Counted from the stretch's first letter, positions 7,646 to 17,345 are shown. The stretch is DNA of 64,000 bases from an uncultured Bacillota bacterium (GCA_949283975.1 CASDUK010000001.1:26764-90763), one strand, 5' to 3'. Numbers and translations are program-made. Notes: a model not told the origin generated them from the letters alone.

Positions 7646-9112
7646 ATGAAGCTTGGAGATTTGCTTTTTGAAATAGATTTTGAAGGAGACGCCAGCCTTG
7701 ATTTAGAGATTGAGGAAGTTTTTTATGACAGCAGGAAAGTTACATTAAAAAGCCTTTTTGTTTGCCTTGTTGGAGAGAACACAGACGGCCACAACTATGT
7801 TAAAGACGCCCAAACAAGAGGGGCGGCGGCAATTGTTTGCCAAAGAAAAACGGAGGGAATTACAATTCCACAAATCGTTGTTAAAAATTCGCGCGCGGCC
7901 TATTCAAAAATTTGCGCAAATCTATATTCAAATCCCCAAAACAAGCTTAAAATGATTGCAATCACCGGGACAAACGGAAAGACAACAACTTCCTACCTTC
8001 TCTCGTCAATAATTTCAAATGCGGGTTTTAAGGTTGGGCTTATTGGAACAGAGGGAACATATATTGAGGATAGATTTTTAAAAACAGATTTAACAACGCC
8101 AGACCCCGAAACTTTGTTTAAAGTTTTGAGGGAAATGGCCGATTGTGGCGTTGAATATGTTGTTATGGAGGCAAGCGCACATGCGCTTTATTTGGACAAA
8201 CTAAGCCCAATTACGTTTGAAATTGGAATTTTTACAAATTTCACACAGGATCATTTAGACTATTTTCAAACAATGGAAAACTACAAGCAAGCAAAATTAA
8301 AGATTTTTTCAAAAGTTAGGGCGGCGGTTTTGAATGTTGACGACCCAGTTGGGCTAAACCTCAGTTCAACCCTTCAAATTCCAACAATTACATATGGCTT
8401 AAAATTGCCTTGCGATGTTTTTGCTGTTGACATCGTTAAAAAGCCAAACAAAACCGAATTTGTTGTAAATTTGTTGGACAACATCTTTAAAGCCAAAATA
8501 AACCTTTTGGGAGAATATAACATTTATAACGCTCTTGCGGCGGCGTCTGCTGCGGCGGCAATTGGAATTGGGGAAGAGCAAATTTGCCGCGGCCTTGCGG
8601 CGCTTAAATCTGTTCCAGGGAGGCTGAACAGTTTTTTATTGTGCAATGGAGCAGTTGCAATTGTTGATTTTGCCCACACGCCAGACGGAATTATTAAAGT
8701 TTTGTCAACCTTAAAACAAATGTCGTTTAAAAGAATTATAACCGTCTTTGGCTGTGGCGGGAACAGGGACAAGAAAAAACGCCCGCTAATGGGAAAGGCT
8801 GCGGAAAAGTTTAGCGATTTTGTTATTTTAACAAGCGACAATCCAAGATATGAAAACCCAGAGTTAATTTTGGACGACATTGAACATGGAATGAAAAAAA
8901 ATGGGCACACTAGAATTGTAAACAGAGAAATTGCCGTTTGCCATGCGCTAGATCTCTCTAAAGATGGCGATGTTGTTGCAATTTTGGGCAAGGGGGCAGA
9001 GGAATATCAAGATATAAACGGCGTTAAAGCGCCATATTCCGATTTAGACGTTGTCCATTTAAAAAACGAGGAAATGGCAGTTTTAAAAATTGTTGAGGGA
9101 GGGAAAATTTGA
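7646..9112 (+). CDS. murE: UDP-MurNAc-L-Ala-D-Glu:meso-DAP ligase
   Basis: 488 aa with GTNGKTT and the DNPR motif (LTSDNPR). SD aaaggagg upstream. Confidence 0.9.
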   Translation: MKLGDLLFEIDFEGDASLDLEIEEVFYDSRKVTLKSLFVCLVGENTDGHNYVKDAQTRGAAAIVCQRKTEGITIPQIVVKNSRAAYSKICANLYSNPQNKLKMIAITGTNGKTTTSYLLSSIISNAGFKVGLIGTEGTYIEDRFLKTDLTTPDPETLFKVLREMADCGVEYVVMEASAHALYLDKLSPITFEIGIFTNFTQDHLDYFQTMENYKQAKLKIFSKVRAAVLNVDDPVGLNLSSTLQIPTITYGLKLPCDVFAVDIVKKPNKTEFVVNLLDNIFKAKINLLGEYNIYNALAAASAAAAIGIGEEQICRGLAALKSVPGRLNSFLLCNGAVAIVDFAHTPDGIIKVLSTLKQMSFKRIITVFGCGGNRDKKKRPLMGKAAEKFSDFVILTSDNPRYENPELILDDIEHGMKKNGHTRIVNREIAVCHALDLSKDGDVVAILGKGAEEYQDINGVKAPYSDLDVVHLKNEEMAVLKIVEGGKI

Positions 9113-10107
9113 GATACTATCTTTTTTGTTTCATTGTTTGTTTGTTAATTTCGGTTGCCCTTTCGCCGCTTATTATTAAGGCTTCAAAAAAATTTAAAGC
9201 CTCTCAAACAATTTTAAACTATGTTGAAGCCCACAAGGGAAAGGAGGGAACGCCAACTATGGGCGGCCTCATCTTCATTTTAACCCTTTGCTTTTGCTTT
9301 TGCTTCTTTACAAAAAATTTCCAACTTGCAACAATTTCGCTTGCAGTAATGCTTTCCTATGGCGTTTTAGGCTTCTTGGACGACTTTATTAAAATTAAAT
9401 TTAAACAAAACCTTGGGCTAAGGCCATATCAAAAGATAATTGGCCAGTTTGGAATTGCAACAATTGTTGCCTTCTATTGCTATTATTCAAACCTTGTTTC
9501 AAGCAAAATTTTTGTTCCTTTTACAGATTTAACAATTAACCTTGGGTGGGCAATAATTCCGTTTATAATCTTTGTTTATTTGGCAGTTGTCAACAGTGTT
9601 AATTTAACGGACGGGCTGGACGGCCTTGCCGGAGGCGTTTCTTGCGCATATTTAATTGGGTTTATTGGAGTTCTTCTAATCTACCAGCAAGCGGCAATGA
9701 CGCCAGCAATTAGCGGAGAATTTGAAAACCTTTTAATTTTGTGTTTTTGCGCTCTTGGGGCTGTTTTGGGCTTTCTTTGCTTTAACGCTTTTCCGGCAAA
9801 AATTTTTATGGGCGACACCGGTTCGCTTGCGCTTGGCGGCCTTTTAACCTCCGTTGCCGTCTTTTCAAGAACAACTCTTTTAATTCCTTTAATTGGAATT
9901 ATGTTTGTTGCCTCCGCACTTTCTGTTTGTATTCAAGTTTTCCACTTTAAACGAACCAAAAAAAGAGTTTTTCTTATGGCTCCAATTCACCACCATTTTG
10001 AGAAAAAGGGCGTGCATGAAAACAGAATTACATTCGTATATATAGTTATAACAGTTGCCATGAGCGCGTTGGTAATTGCAATAACTCTATATGCGGGTGG
10101 GTTTTGA
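9109..10107 (+). CDS. mraY: phospho-N-acetylmuramoyl-pentapeptide transferase
   Basis: 332 aa polytopic protein with NLTDGLDGLA and MGDTGSLALGG motifs. TTG start overlaps the murE TGA (TTGA). Confidence 0.9.
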   Translation: MRYYLFCFIVCLLISVALSPLIIKASKKFKASQTILNYVEAHKGKEGTPTMGGLIFILTLCFCFCFFTKNFQLATISLAVMLSYGVLGFLDDFIKIKFKQNLGLRPYQKIIGQFGIATIVAFYCYYSNLVSSKIFVPFTDLTINLGWAIIPFIIFVYLAVVNSVNLTDGLDGLAGGVSCAYLIGFIGVLLIYQQAAMTPAISGEFENLLILCFCALGAVLGFLCFNAFPAKIFMGDTGSLALGGLLTSVAVFSRTTLLIPLIGIMFVASALSVCIQVFHFKRTKKRVFLMAPIHHHFEKKGVHENRITFVYIVITVAMSALVIAITLYAGGF

Positions 10108-11435
10108 GATTTTTTGCAAAAAATAATCCATATAAAGGGAAAAGAATTTTAATTTATGGCCTTGGAAGAAGCGGACTTTCGGCAAAGGCCTTTCTTTCGT
10201 CTTGCGGGGCAAAAGTTCAAACTTTTGTTGACGGAGAAAAGAACAAAAAAATTAATTTTGAAAAACTTTCAATGGCGGTTGTTAGCCCTGGCGTTAGTTT
10301 GGATTGTCAGTTGGTTTGTCAGCTTAAAAGAGCGGGCGTTCCAATTTTGGCCGAACTTGAACTTGGATATTTAAATGTTAACGGAAATTACATTGCAATT
10401 ACAGGAACAAACGGAAAGACAACAACAGTTTCGCTTGTTTACAAAATTTTAGAAGGGCAAAACACCTTTCTTGCGGGAAACATTGGAATTCCGCTTACAT
10501 CTCTCGCGGGGAAAACAGATTCGAGAAGCATAATTGTTTGTGAGGTTAGCTCCTATCAGCTTGAAACTTGCAAGCAGTTTAGGCCAAAGATTTCTGCAAT
10601 TTTAAACCTTGCGCCCGACCATTTGACAAGGCACAAAACATATCAAAACTATTGCAATTCCAAGGCAAAGATTTTTCAAAATCAAACGGAAAAGGACTAT
10701 TGTGTTTTAAACTATGATGAAGAAGAAGTTCTTGCTCTTTCAGAAAGGTGCGCGGCAAAAAAATATTATTTTTCCAAATTTAACCAGCTTTCAAATCCAA
10801 ACTTTAAGGGCGCATATCTTTGCGGCGAGGAAATTTATTTTAAAGAAAATTTTTATAATGTTTACATAATGAACAAGGCTCAAATTAAGCTAGTTGGAGA
10901 AAAAAACCTTGAGAATGTTCTTGCGGCAATAACAATTGCAAGTCTTTGTGGGCTTAGCGGCGAAAAAATTTCGTCTAAAGTTTCAAATTTTTTCCCGCTT
11001 CCAAACCGGCTTGAATTTGTTTTAAAAAAGGGAAATATAACTTGCATAAACGACAGCAAGGCAACAAACATTGCAAGCGCACTTTCCGACATATCTGCAA
11101 CTAGCGGCAACATTGTTGTTCTTCTTGGCGGAAGCGACAAAGGGGAGGACTTTAAAAGGCTTTTTTCGAATTTAAATGAAAGTGTTAAACACGCAATAAT
11201 CTATGGCGCTTCGTCCGAAAAAATGGTTTCCTCGGCGGGCGAAGTTGGTTTTAAAAATTTTTCTGTTGCAAAAAACCTAAAAGAGGCGGTTTCTCAAGGA
11301 ATTAAATTTTCAAGGGAGTTTGACGGCGAAATAAATCTTCTTCTTTCTCCTGCATGCGCAAGTTTTGATGAATTTAAAAATTTTGAGCATCGCGGACAAT
11401 ATTTTAAAAAATTGGTTGTGGAGGAATTAAAATGA
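10104..11435 (+). CDS. murD: UDP-MurNAc-L-Ala:D-Glu ligase
   Basis: 443 aa with GTNGKTT. TTG start overlaps the mraY TGA. Confidence 0.85.
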   Translation: MRFFAKNNPYKGKRILIYGLGRSGLSAKAFLSSCGAKVQTFVDGEKNKKINFEKLSMAVVSPGVSLDCQLVCQLKRAGVPILAELELGYLNVNGNYIAITGTNGKTTTVSLVYKILEGQNTFLAGNIGIPLTSLAGKTDSRSIIVCEVSSYQLETCKQFRPKISAILNLAPDHLTRHKTYQNYCNSKAKIFQNQTEKDYCVLNYDEEEVLALSERCAAKKYYFSKFNQLSNPNFKGAYLCGEEIYFKENFYNVYIMNKAQIKLVGEKNLENVLAAITIASLCGLSGEKISSKVSNFFPLPNRLEFVLKKGNITCINDSKATNIASALSDISATSGNIVVLLGGSDKGEDFKRLFSNLNESVKHAIIYGASSEKMVSSAGEVGFKNFSVAKNLKEAVSQGIKFSREFDGEINLLLSPACASFDEFKNFEHRGQYFKKLVVEELK

Positions 11436-12613
11436 AAAAAAACTCCATAAAATCAAAAAAATTGTTGTTAAATTTTAAAAAAAACATTAATTTTAAAGAA
11501 AATTCATTTATTTTTGAAAAAAAATTTAATAAAATTAATTTAGCAATTTTTTTAATAGTTATTGGCCTTGGAATATTTGGTTGTATAATGGTTTACAGTG
11601 CAAGCAGCTATGTTGCTCAATATCGCTACGGCAACCCATATTTCTATTTAACAAAACAAATTGTTGGCGTTGCGCTTGGCGCAATTTCAATGCTTGTCTT
11701 TTCAAAAATAAACTATCAAAAACTTAAAAAATTTAAATGGGCGGGAGTTATAATTTCAGTAATATTGCTTGCCCTTGTTTTCATTCCTGTTGTTGGCGTT
11801 GAAAATTATGGTGCAAGAAGGTGGATTAACCTTGGGTTTTTTACTGTTCAGCCAAGCGAATTTGCAAAGTTTGCCTTTGTTCTTTTTGCCGCGACCTATC
11901 TTTCAGAGAATTATCAAAAGGTTGGAAAGTTTAAAACGCTTCTTCCTGTTTTGGCGGTTGGAACACTCTTTTGCGTTTTGATTATCTTAGAGCCGAATAT
12001 GAGCATAACAATGTGCATGGGGCTAATAATGCTCTTCATGCTTTTTGTTGGCGGGGCAAGAATGAAACATTTCATGATTCTTGGCGTTCCCGCGGCGGCC
12101 GCTGTTCCCGTTTTGATTTTAATTGAGCCCTATCGAATTCAAAGATTCATGGCCTTTTTAAACCCGTGGGCAAATCCCCAAGGCGAAGGATTTCAGCTTA
12201 TCCAATCTCTTTATTCTCTTGGAAGCGGAAACCTCTTTGGAGTTGGGCTTTTTAACTCAAGGCAGAAATATATGTTTCTTCCATTTTCAGAAAGCGATTT
12301 TATTTTTTCCATAATTGGAGAAGAGTTTGGCTTTTTTGGGGCAACTATTTTAATTTTGGTTTTTGCAGTTTTAATCTTCCTTTTGGTTAAAGTTGCAAAA
12401 AACAGTCGCGACAGGTTTGGCGCGCTTTTGGCGCTTGGCGTTTCAAGCGTTATTGCAATTCAAGTTATAATCAACCTTTGTGTTGTAACCGGAATGATTC
12501 CTCCAACAGGTCTTCCGCTTCCGTTCATAAGCGCAGGAAGCACGTCCATAATTGTTTTTATGAGCGCAGTTGGGGTTTGCTTAAATATCAATAAAAACTC
12601 AAAAAAACAATAA
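11432..12613 (+). CDS. ftsW: SEDS-family cell division/sporulation protein FtsW/SpoVE
   Basis: 393 aa polytopic SEDS protein. ATGA overlap with murD. Confidence 0.8.
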   Translation: MKKNSIKSKKLLLNFKKNINFKENSFIFEKKFNKINLAIFLIVIGLGIFGCIMVYSASSYVAQYRYGNPYFYLTKQIVGVALGAISMLVFSKINYQKLKKFKWAGVIISVILLALVFIPVVGVENYGARRWINLGFFTVQPSEFAKFAFVLFAATYLSENYQKVGKFKTLLPVLAVGTLFCVLIILEPNMSITMCMGLIMLFMLFVGGARMKHFMILGVPAAAAVPVLILIEPYRIQRFMAFLNPWANPQGEGFQLIQSLYSLGSGNLFGVGLFNSRQKYMFLPFSESDFIFSIIGEEFGFFGATILILVFAVLIFLLVKVAKNSRDRFGALLALGVSSVIAIQVIINLCVVTGMIPPTGLPLPFISAGSTSIIVFMSAVGVCLNINKNSKKQ

Positions 12614-12640
12614 ATTTTAATAAAAAAAACAGTATTTTAA

Positions 12641-13693
12641 TTAATTTTTTGAATTTTTAACAATAATTTCAACAATTCTTTTATTTGGGTTTGACAAATT
12701 ATTTGAAATTATTTTATTTTTAATTTTTTCTTCGTCTTTTTCCAATATTTTTAATTTTTCAAATAAATTTTCGCAATTTAAATTTTCTTGCAACAAAACC
12801 TCGCACATTCCTTTTTCTTTAAAATAATTTGCGTTGTCAATTTGGTCGCCCCGGCTTTCGGCCTTTGAAAGAGGAATTAAAAGCATTGGCTTTTTAATTG
12901 CCAAAAGTTCAAAAATGCTGTTAGCGCCAGCACGGCAAACAACATAGTTTGCTGCATCAAAAAAATCTTCAATTTTATTTGTAAACTCTTGTTGGTGGTA
13001 GTTTGGCGCGGAAATTTGTTTTCCCTTTCCCTTTCCGGTTAGATGGAGGACATTGTATTTCCTAGATAATATTTCAACGTTGTCATAGACAAATTGGTTA
13101 ATTGCCTTTGCGCCAAGGCTTCCGCCAAAGAAGAGAACTGTTTTTTTGTTTGGGTTTAATTTAAACGAAAGATTTTCCTTTTTACCCGTATAAATTTGTT
13201 GTCTAACTGGGCTTCCAACATACAAAAAATTTTTTCTATTTTCTGCGGTTTTGCTAAAGGCGGTTAAGGTTAAAACGCTGTAGTGGGAAATTATTTTGTT
13301 TGCAAGGCCAAGCGAAAGGTCGGATTCGTGGGTTATAACGGGAATGTTAAGCTTTTTTGCCGCAATTGCAACGGGAATTGAAACATAGCCGCCCTTTGAA
13401 AAGACAACATTTGGTTTAATTTCCTTCAAAACTTTTTTTGCAGCCTTAATTGATTTTAAAAGCAAAAATGGAATTTTTAAGTTTTTTAAAGAAAGGCTTC
13501 TAACAAGTTTAACAGCGGGAATTTCTTTAAATTCAAGGCCAAAATCTTTAACAAGTTGTTTTTCCATTCCGCCGCTTCCAACATAGACAATTTTTTGAAA
13601 ATGCTTTTCAAGCTCTGGGCAAAGCGCAAGGTTTGGCGTTATGTGGCCGGCCGTTCCTCCGCCAGTTAGAACAATTGTTTTGCTTTGTTTCAT
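12641..13693 (-). CDS. murG: UDP-GlcNAc:lipid I N-acetylglucosaminyltransferase
   Basis: 350 aa, LTGGGTAGHITPNLAL N-terminus. SD gaagg upstream. Opposite strand to the rest of the dcw genes. Confidence 0.9.
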   Translation of the reverse strand: MKQSKTIVLTGGGTAGHITPNLALCPELEKHFQKIVYVGSGGMEKQLVKDFGLEFKEIPAVKLVRSLSLKNLKIPFLLLKSIKAAKKVLKEIKPNVVFSKGGYVSIPVAIAAKKLNIPVITHESDLSLGLANKIISHYSVLTLTAFSKTAENRKNFLYVGSPVRQQIYTGKKENLSFKLNPNKKTVLFFGGSLGAKAINQFVYDNVEILSRKYNVLHLTGKGKGKQISAPNYHQQEFTNKIEDFFDAANYVVCRAGANSIFELLAIKKPMLLIPLSKAESRGDQIDNANYFKEKGMCEVLLQENLNCENLFEKLKILEKDEEKIKNKIISNNLSNPNKRIVEIIVKNSKN

Positions 13694-13739
13694 TAATCCC
13701 TCTTCCTTCTATCTTGTGCAAAAATTGTTATTTTATAAA

Positions 13740-14150
13740 TTATTCAATTTTTTTATAACTATCAATTGATGGAAGGCTTTTTTTCTCCTCTTGCTTTGAG
13801 AAAAGAGAAAGAATTTGGCCAAGGTTTGAGCCTCCTGAAATCAAACTGGAAAGATTGGAATTCTTTCCAAAAATTAGGCCAAGAAGGGGAAGAAGTGAAG
13901 AGAGGTTTGAAAGAAGATTTTGGGAATTTAAATTGCCTCCATTTTGATTTTGCTCAAAATTTTGAAAATTTTGGGTTTGAGTGGGCCCGCTTGTTATGTC
14001 CTCTGGGAAATAACGAACAGAGGGAGTTTGCTCGGAAGAAGGCGGGGCGTTTTGGACGCCAGAAAAATTCTGGCCAGGTTGAGGGTTGTTTTGATTTGAA
14101 AGAAGATTTGACAAAGCCCCAAGGCTTGACAAAAGATTTTTAAAATCCAT
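13740..14150 (-). CDS. Q/N/S-rich low-complexity protein, unknown function
   Basis: I start at the internal ATG (MDFKNLLSSLG...) preceded by aaggaaa, giving 137 aa. Lies directly upstream of murG on the same strand. Confidence 0.45.
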   Translation of the reverse strand: MDFKNLLSSLGALSNLLSNQNNPQPGQNFSGVQNAPPSSEQTPSVRYFPEDITSGPTQTQNFQNFEQNQNGGNLNSQNLLSNLSSLLPLLGLIFGKNSNLSSLISGGSNLGQILSLFSKQEEKKSLPSIDSYKKIE

Positions 14151-14225
14151 ATGTATTTTCCTTATAACAATATATATATATGAATTCATATAATAATTTA
14201 GTTAAAAAAAGTTTTTGGAGGCAAA

Positions 14226-14495
14226 TTGGTGGGAAAGAGTTTGTTTGAATTTGCGGAAGAAAAAACAGAGGCGAAAACCCAAAATTCTCAAGAGGAATTA
14301 AAAAAAACATTTAACAGTTATTCAAAACTTTCTGAGGGGGAACTTATGAGCGAGCTTTTTAGCCAGGTTGAAAAACAAAAGCGAAGCGGAACTTTTAATT
14401 TTTCCGAACTTACCCAAAAATTTGAGGCAATTCGGCCAATGCTTTCCGACGAGCAGATTAAAAATTTGGATAAACTTTTAAACCAAATTAGATAA
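14226..14495 (+). CDS. small acidic helical protein, unknown function
   Basis: 89 aa with GGAGG upstream of a TTG/GTG start. 13 nt upstream of the S8 peptidase gene. Confidence 0.5.
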   Translation: MVGKSLFEFAEEKTEAKTQNSQEELKKTFNSYSKLSEGELMSELFSQVEKQKRSGTFNFSELTQKFEAIRPMLSDEQIKNLDKLLNQIR

Positions 14496-14508
14496 AAGAA
14501 GGTTACAT

Positions 14509-15630
14509 ATGAAAAACTATAAGTTAGATAAAAGTTTGTTGGAAGTTGTTTCAACATGTAGTAACAGAGAAGTTGAATGCATTGCATATGTTTCAAACAT
14601 TGAAAAAGCAAAACAGTTTTTTTCCAAAAGAGAGCTTGTTTGCGCCCTTCCATTTATTGGCGCAGTTGGGCTAAAAATTAAAACCGAAAAACTTTTTGAA
14701 TCAACAAAAAAAGCTTGGGTTAAAACAATAACAAAGCAATCCAGCGTTATGGCGCTTATGGACGTTGCAAGAAAAATTTTGGGCGCGGGAGAAAGGCTTG
14801 GAAGCGATGTTACAATTGCGTATATAGACACGGGAATTGCGCCCCACCTTGACTTTCTTCTTGGAAAGCCAAGAGTTTGCGCCTTTGTTGACCTTGTTTT
14901 GGGAAGGGAAAATTTTTATGACGACAACGGCCACGGAACTTTTGTTAGCGGGGTTGGAAGCGGAAACGGGGCGGCAAGCGGGAAAAAATTTATGGGAATT
15001 GCGCCCCAATCCAACATAATTTCAATTAAAGCTTTAAACGAAAAAGGCGAGGCTAACGCCGTTAGAATTTTGGAAGCAATGCAATGGATTTACGATAATC
15101 AAAAAAAATATAACATAAAAGTTGTTTGCATGAGCTTTGGAAGTGAACCGCTTGGCGCAAGCGACCCAATTATGAAGGGCGCAGAAGTTCTTTGGAACAG
15201 GGGAATAACAATGGTTGCCGCCGCGGGGAACAGCGGCCCAGAGTTTGAAACAATTAAAAGCCCGGGAATTAGCCCAAGATTGATAACTGTTGGCGGATTC
15301 AAAGATAACAGAGTTGGCGGCGAATTTAGCCCAAAACAATTTGAAATTGCGCCCTTTTCTTCGCGCGGCCCAGCGCTTAGAAGATTTAAACCAGATTTGG
15401 TTGCCCCAAGTGTTAACATAACTTCTTGTTCTAACAGCGCGGAAAATCTTTATACAACAATGAGTGGAACAAGCGTTGCAACGCCAATGGTTGCCGGCCT
15501 TGCCGCAATAATTTTGGAAAGCGAGCCAAACCTTTCGCCAGACCAAGTTAAGTTTAAGTTGATGTCGCTTGCAAGAGGAATAACATTTAATCGGAATTTG
15601 GAGGGAGTTGGCTATCCTCTTCTTTCATAA
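14509..15630 (+). CDS. subtilisin-like serine peptidase (S8 family), no signal peptide
   Basis: 373 aa with a D/H/S triad context: YIDTGI, HGTFVSG, GTSVATPMVAG. An I9-like propeptide region is at the N-terminus. Confidence 0.85.
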   Translation: MKNYKLDKSLLEVVSTCSNREVECIAYVSNIEKAKQFFSKRELVCALPFIGAVGLKIKTEKLFESTKKAWVKTITKQSSVMALMDVARKILGAGERLGSDVTIAYIDTGIAPHLDFLLGKPRVCAFVDLVLGRENFYDDNGHGTFVSGVGSGNGAASGKKFMGIAPQSNIISIKALNEKGEANAVRILEAMQWIYDNQKKYNIKVVCMSFGSEPLGASDPIMKGAEVLWNRGITMVAAAGNSGPEFETIKSPGISPRLITVGGFKDNRVGGEFSPKQFEIAPFSSRGPALRRFKPDLVAPSVNITSCSNSAENLYTTMSGTSVATPMVAGLAAIILESEPNLSPDQVKFKLMSLARGITFNRNLEGVGYPLLS

Positions 15631-16156
15631 AATATGAAAGCATCTTTGTTCCATATTTTTTTCTTGAAATAAGGCAAAAACCGGGAATTTCAAACTGGCT
15701 TTTTGCCTCATGTTCACATATGAGAATTCCACCATTTGAAAGGAGGTTGTTTTTTAAAATTAGGCTTGCCGCCTCTAAATAATAATTGCTTTTATATGGC
15801 GGGTCTAAAAAAATGAAATCAAATTCTTCTAAAAGCGTTTCAAGCGCGCGCTTAAAATCCGCATGAACAACCTCAAATTGACGGTTGCCCGTAATAGTGT
15901 TTGAAATGTTTTGTTTTATAATATTAATTGCAAGCGGGCTTTTGTCAACAAAAACAACTCTTAAAGCGCCGCGAGAAAGCGCCTCAATTCCAATTGCACC
16001 GCTTCCCGCAAAAAGATCTAAAAATCTTTTGCCAGAAATTTCAAATTGAAGTTTTGTAAAAAGCGCCTGACGAACCATGTTTGCCGTTGGCCTTAATTCT
16101 TCATTTGAAACAAACCGAAGGTTTTTCCCCTTAAATTCCCCAGATATAACTCTCAT
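15587..16156 (-). CDS. rsmD: 16S rRNA (guanine966-N2)-methyltransferase
   Basis: 189 aa, MRVISGEFKGKNL...RPT...LDLFAGSGAIGIEALSRGA...FLDPPY. Confidence 0.85.
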   Translation of the reverse strand: MRVISGEFKGKNLRFVSNEELRPTANMVRQALFTKLQFEISGKRFLDLFAGSGAIGIEALSRGALRVVFVDKSPLAINIIKQNISNTITGNRQFEVVHADFKRALETLLEEFDFIFLDPPYKSNYYLEAASLILKNNLLSNGGILICEHEAKSQFEIPGFCLISRKKYGTKMLSYFMKEEDSQLPPNSD

Positions 16157-16171
16157 GCTTTAATAATACCA
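16157..16171 (-). promoter_or_regulatory. extended -10 (TGgTATTAT) placed 6 nt before the rsmD ATG; candidate leaderless promoter
   Basis: Minus strand reads aaTGGTATTATtaaagcATG, with no SD. Confidence 0.5.
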
Positions 16172-16310
16172 TTTTTTTATATTTTTTTAAAAAAATTTTT
16201 AAAAAGCATGTAAAAAAACTTGACAGGGGGGAGGGGGGCTGATAGGATATATATAGGCTTGCGGGATAAAAATTTTTTAAAAAAGAAAAATAAAAAAAGG
16301 GGGGATAAAA

Positions 16311-17162
16311 ATGGGAACAAAATTAAAAATGCTTTGGGTTGGAGTTGCTTTGGTCTTTGCCCTTGTTCTAACGCTTGGGCTTTCGGCCTTCGTCTTTGCT
16401 GCGCCAAACGAAAGCTTTAATTTAAGCGGAAAGCTTTCCTATGAAGGCGGCCCTCAGGTTGTTAAATATTATTGGTCGGAGTTTGTTCCTGGCAGCTCGA
16501 CTGATGGCCTAGCAAGTCAAAATTTAAAACTTTTTGACGATGGAACACTGAAATATGAAATGGAAATGACCATGGGTTCGCAAACAATGGGAACGACCAT
16601 GGGCGCAACTTACACAAAGGGCGAAATTGCCTACCTTTTCCAACCGACGTCACTCTACAGTTATGCGGCAGTTGATGGAATAATTTCAGCTGAACTGGAA
16701 TGGAACGAAGAAGACGGAGAGAATGAGGTTTATAAAGAGGTTGAGAGCCTCATGGAGAATTTTCAAATTTACGAGCACGTTGCCCATTGCGGCGACTTTG
16801 GCTGGTTTTTTGAGGACGGCTATGTTCCTTCGGAAAAGGATCAACCTTTAAGCGGCTTTTTTGCTGATGATATAGATGCTAGATCATATTGTTTCGCTGG
16901 CCTTACCGGAACAGAAACTTTTGGAGAAATTCGTTCGAGCTTTTATAATAGAAGACTTACCTTTGCTTTGGACAAAACAGACCCAGATTATCAAAACATT
17001 CCGGAAGTTGTGCATGCTTACCCCTTTCAGCTTTTAAAGTTGGACGGCCAGGACGCAACGGACAACACGGTTGTTTCGCTTGGTTATCACACAGCGGAAG
17101 TTAGGTTTGAATATAATGGCCAAACATATACATTGTTGGTTGATTTTGTTACAACAGATTAA
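16311..17162 (+). CDS. secreted protein, unknown function
   Basis: 283 aa with an N-terminal signal-like segment (LWVGVALVFALVLTLGLSAFVFA). A G6 SD lies upstream. Confidence 0.6.
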   Translation: MGTKLKMLWVGVALVFALVLTLGLSAFVFAAPNESFNLSGKLSYEGGPQVVKYYWSEFVPGSSTDGLASQNLKLFDDGTLKYEMEMTMGSQTMGTTMGATYTKGEIAYLFQPTSLYSYAAVDGIISAELEWNEEDGENEVYKEVESLMENFQIYEHVAHCGDFGWFFEDGYVPSEKDQPLSGFFADDIDARSYCFAGLTGTETFGEIRSSFYNRRLTFALDKTDPDYQNIPEVVHAYPFQLLKLDGQDATDNTVVSLGYHTAEVRFEYNGQTYTLLVDFVTTD

Positions 17163-17175
17163 TTTTCTAAAATCG

Positions 17176-17204
17176 TTGACAACTTGGAATTTTTGTGCTA
17201 CAAT
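17176..17204 (+). promoter_or_regulatory. sigma-A type promoter of the str operon
   Basis: TTGACA, 17-nt spacer, TACAAT. Confidence 0.7.
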
Positions 17205-17345
17205 TGCGCCAGCAATTTGGCAAAAGTTTGCAAGTTGAACTGCGGAAATTATCCGTGGGAAGTCGAAAGACTTTGGGGTTTTAAGGTTGAGTCTTAGGAC
17301 TGGTTCAAATCTGAAATCCTAAAAGTAATTTTTTTGACGTTATTT

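Noticed and set aside
9107-9112. Alternative genetic code (TGA read-through) suggested by genes abutting at TGA
   Set aside because: TGA clearly terminates murE and mraY at the expected protein lengths, and the downstream genes have their own SD plus a TTG start. The standard bacterial code fits all genes in the window.
17290-17330. tRNA-like or T-box element in the rpsL leader (GGTTCAAATC resembles a T-loop)
   Set aside because: No cloverleaf can be drawn around it. I found no conserved T-box sequence (AGGGUGGNACCGCG-like) and no specifier-loop architecture.
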